45,953 bases of DNA from a virus (lineage: Duplodnaviria; Caudoviricetes). Both the position numbers and the translations under genes were made by a program. Below, in pieces: positions 43,872 to 45,953 of the stretch. The DNA lies in IMG/VR virus record IMGVR_UViG_3300030117_007041, positions 1 to 45,953 of that record. One strand, 5' to 3'. How positions within the stretch are numbered: position 1 is the first letter of the stretch; every line of letters begins with the position of its first letter. The notes under the pieces are model-generated. The model was not told the origin of the DNA. It saw only the letters and a program-made list of their open reading frames with translations, and ran no database searches.

Positions 43872-43900
43872 AACTTATGAAAGTTTACAACAATAGGCAA
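43872..43900 (-). promoter_or_regulatory. Sigma70-like promoter of the recombination/replication block
   Basis: Minus strand TTGCCT-17 bp-TAAGTT, followed by ATACAAAC x2 (possible operator). Confidence 0.55.
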
Positions 43901-43905
43901 ATGCT

Positions 43906-44958
43906 TTATTTTTTATTTCTTTTTCTTTTCCATGTTAAATACTCTGCCGCCTCGCGTGGATTAAAAATTGTTGTAATAAGTCTATTGTCATCATCGTCAT
44001 ACGATGGGTCAATAATAGTAACTGGCGCATTAAAAATGTTTTTATCATCCAGCCCTAATTTATCTGCATAATTATCTAATATTTTAAAGCTAGCAACTTG
44101 CAATGCGTGCGAAATAAGACCAGATGCGGGGTCTTTTAAAACTTGATACCCTGAAACGTGAGTATGACCGCAAGTTAAAATATGGTCTTTCCATCCCATT
44201 TGCGCAGCTTTGGCAACACCATGAGCAGTATTCCACATGGAATTTCCTTTAAAAGTATGCCTTGCGTTAATTCTAATATTTTTTTTGTTTGGAAATTGTA
44301 AATTTAACCTAGCACCCCATTTTTCATATACGCCCTTATGGTCTCTCATTATGAAATCTAAGGGGTCACCATCACCAGACCAAACATCGTGGTTTCCTGC
44401 TATCAAATAGAGCCAATTAACGCTATTTACAAAATGCTCTGTAAGTCTCCATGACTCTTTTGCGGTTACTGACTGCTGTCCATGTAAAAATGCAAGTCTT
44501 CCTATCCAATTATTTTGAACGTCTCCAAGATTTCCTGCAAACATTCCATCTGTATTATTAATTAAGTTACATAAAGAATATATTTCTGCAATATCTGTAC
44601 CATCATCGTCTATATGAGGGTCTCCAAAATGGCAAATACCAATAGGACCATCAGTGTTAATCTTAATATTGATTAATTGTCGGGACTCTTTGCCCTTAAT
44701 TTTTATAGAATATTTCTTTTTTCTGTGTTCTATTAATTCCTGAATAGGAATATAGTCAGGGTCAAGAGTTTCTTTTACAAACTCTGCTTTTTCTAAAATA
44801 CTTGGATTGACAGTTCTTTTACCACAGGCATTGCACATCCACTGTTGTCTTTTGCTATTTGCTCTATATAAATAGCCAAACTTTCTTACCGACCTACTAC
44901 CGCAATACCTACAACCTATTATATTACCATCAACATCCTTAACAATGGAATTATCCAT
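43906..44958 (-). CDS. Calcineurin-like metallophosphoesterase with N-terminal zinc ribbon
   Basis: GDPH, LGD, GNHD, RH, GHTH motifs; CRYC...CNAC. Confidence 0.85.
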   Translation of the reverse strand: MDNSIVKDVDGNIIGCRYCGSRSVRKFGYLYRANSKRQQWMCNACGKRTVNPSILEKAEFVKETLDPDYIPIQELIEHRKKKYSIKIKGKESRQLINIKINTDGPIGICHFGDPHIDDDGTDIAEIYSLCNLINNTDGMFAGNLGDVQNNWIGRLAFLHGQQSVTAKESWRLTEHFVNSVNWLYLIAGNHDVWSGDGDPLDFIMRDHKGVYEKWGARLNLQFPNKKNIRINARHTFKGNSMWNTAHGVAKAAQMGWKDHILTCGHTHVSGYQVLKDPASGLISHALQVASFKILDNYADKLGLDDKNIFNAPVTIIDPSYDDDDNRLITTIFNPREAAEYLTWKRKRNKK

Positions 44959-45439
44959 ATTTCATGACAAGTTCTTTAAAATGGTCAACGGTACCAGCTC
45001 CCTTTGAGGTGTTATACCATTGTTTCCAATAAGAAGCTTGGTCATCCAATGTTTTGGGCATAGGCTTTGGAACTCTCCAATAATGAAGTCTACAAACAAC
45101 TATTTGAGCAATAATATTTGTAGTTAAGACCTCTCTCCATACATCTTCATCTGGACTTGTAAAATAGCTCCAATCCAAATGACATACGCTAGCAACCTTT
45201 TTTAAAAGCTCTTTTCGATATTTTAAATAGTCATTGCAAAGAGAAACAGCTACCCAAGGTTCGCATTGCCAAAAGCCTCTGGCGATATTATTGCCGCCTT
45301 TTTGCATTAGGTATTGGTATTTAGACTCAACTAACCCTGTCCTATAAATAAGCATCATGGCGTCGTGACTAGAGTATTTAGAACCCATTTTTTGAAGAGT
45401 TTCCTTAATAACTGTCATCATCTGTAAAGAATTGACCAT
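44951..45439 (-). CDS. Putative endolysin (lysozyme-like/transglycosylase fold)
   Basis: TGLVES...ARGFWQCEP...CRLHYWRVP.P.P...YWKQWYNT.KGAGT; follows small TM genes. Confidence 0.65.
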   Translation of the reverse strand: MVNSLQMMTVIKETLQKMGSKYSSHDAMMLIYRTGLVESKYQYLMQKGGNNIARGFWQCEPWVAVSLCNDYLKYRKELLKKVASVCHLDWSYFTSPDEDVWREVLTTNIIAQIVVCRLHYWRVPKPMPKTLDDQASYWKQWYNTSKGAGTVDHFKELVMKYG

Positions 45440-45702
45440 TATTTAGCTTTAAGAAGTTTTGACATAATACCAGCAACAATGTCAGTTCCTTTATCAATCA
45501 TTTTTTCAAATAATACTTGTTCTGCACGCTCATTCAACCCCGGCAAATTAATTTTTTTATTTATAGCAGTCGCCCACTCTTTTTCAAACTCTTTTGATTG
45601 GATTCTATCAATAACTAAAGCCTCTATTCCTTTTTGAAGTTCTGGAATTGAAGCCTCTACTTGCTTTGTTATTTCTCCCAATACTACTGATTTAATATTC
45701 AT
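45439..45702 (-). CDS. Hypothetical lysis-region protein
   Basis: 87 aa; INKKINLPGLNERAEQVLF motif. Confidence 0.6.
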   Translation of the reverse strand: MNIKSVVLGEITKQVEASIPELQKGIEALVIDRIQSKEFEKEWATAINKKINLPGLNERAEQVLFEKMIDKGTDIVAGIMSKLLKAK

Positions 45703-45711
45703 TGTGATTCC

Positions 45712-45915
45712 TTATCTTGTTATTGTAAATAAAAATGTAATTATCCCCATGCCCCCAAGAATGTAATTCCTCCAATTCTCAAGTGACCTAGTTCTACCAT
45801 TAGAAATTCTAAGCTGGTCTTTAATATCTGGAAGTTCTCTGTGTAGAATTGTTTCAATCCTAGTTAGTCTTTCTTTAATATCAAGCCTATATTTATCAAT
45901 CGGTTCGTAATCCAT
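45712..45915 (-). CDS. Small coiled-coil protein with C-terminal TM (XhlA/holin-like)
   Basis: ERLTRIE...NGRTRSLENWRNYILGGMGIITFL. Confidence 0.6.
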   Translation of the reverse strand: MDYEPIDKYRLDIKERLTRIETILHRELPDIKDQLRISNGRTRSLENWRNYILGGMGIITFLFTITR

Positions 45916-45953
45916 TAATGCCTACCATTGATTCTGCTCATAGAGCCCTTTAA
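45915..45953 (-). CDS. 3' end of a gene entering from beyond the window end (likely the gene at 1..270)
   Basis: LKGSMSRINGRH-stop, TAATG-coupled to the 45915 start. Confidence 0.6.
   Translation of the reverse strand, partial: LKGSMSRINGRH

Noticed and set aside
44800-44958. IS1-like insertion sequence suggested by the InsA-like zinc ribbon
   Set aside because: The ribbon is fused in frame to a phosphoesterase; no transposase, terminal repeats or target duplication.

Overview
The window looks like a complete or nearly complete, circularly permuted genome of an AT-rich podovirus-type tailed phage, probably aquatic; the host cannot be determined from the sequence. There are three transcriptional blocks. 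(1) A minus-strand packaging and virion block (about 29.4 kb down to 1, continuing across the window ends into a lysis module at 45.9-44.9 kb): terminases, P22-like portal, scaffold, major capsid, adaptors, nozzle, ejection proteins and a large multi-LamG fibre. (2) A plus-strand early block (30.0-38.2 kb) of small proteins plus a MoxR/CobS-type AAA ATPase and its partner. (3) A minus-strand recombination/replication block (43.8-38.3 kb): HTH, Gam/Gp157-like, ERF, Hjc-like resolvase and YdaU/DUF1376-type initiator. I recognised no DNA polymerase, helicase, integrase, reverse transcriptase or CRISPR array. The most unusual signals are non-coding: a five-member family of long hairpins with variable stems and a conserved loop ending GTGAA, each just upstream of a gene; a D-armless tRNA-like element after the first early gene; helically phased palindromic iterons found both inside the initiator gene and in a separate non-coding origin-like locus; a possible RBS-sequestering pseudoknot; and a CGCG-dense leader in a genome that appears to avoid GATC. 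A 40-aa peptide missed by the ORF track copies the capsid protein's N-terminal motif onto a polybasic tail. All family assignments are by-eye motif recognition, not database searches.
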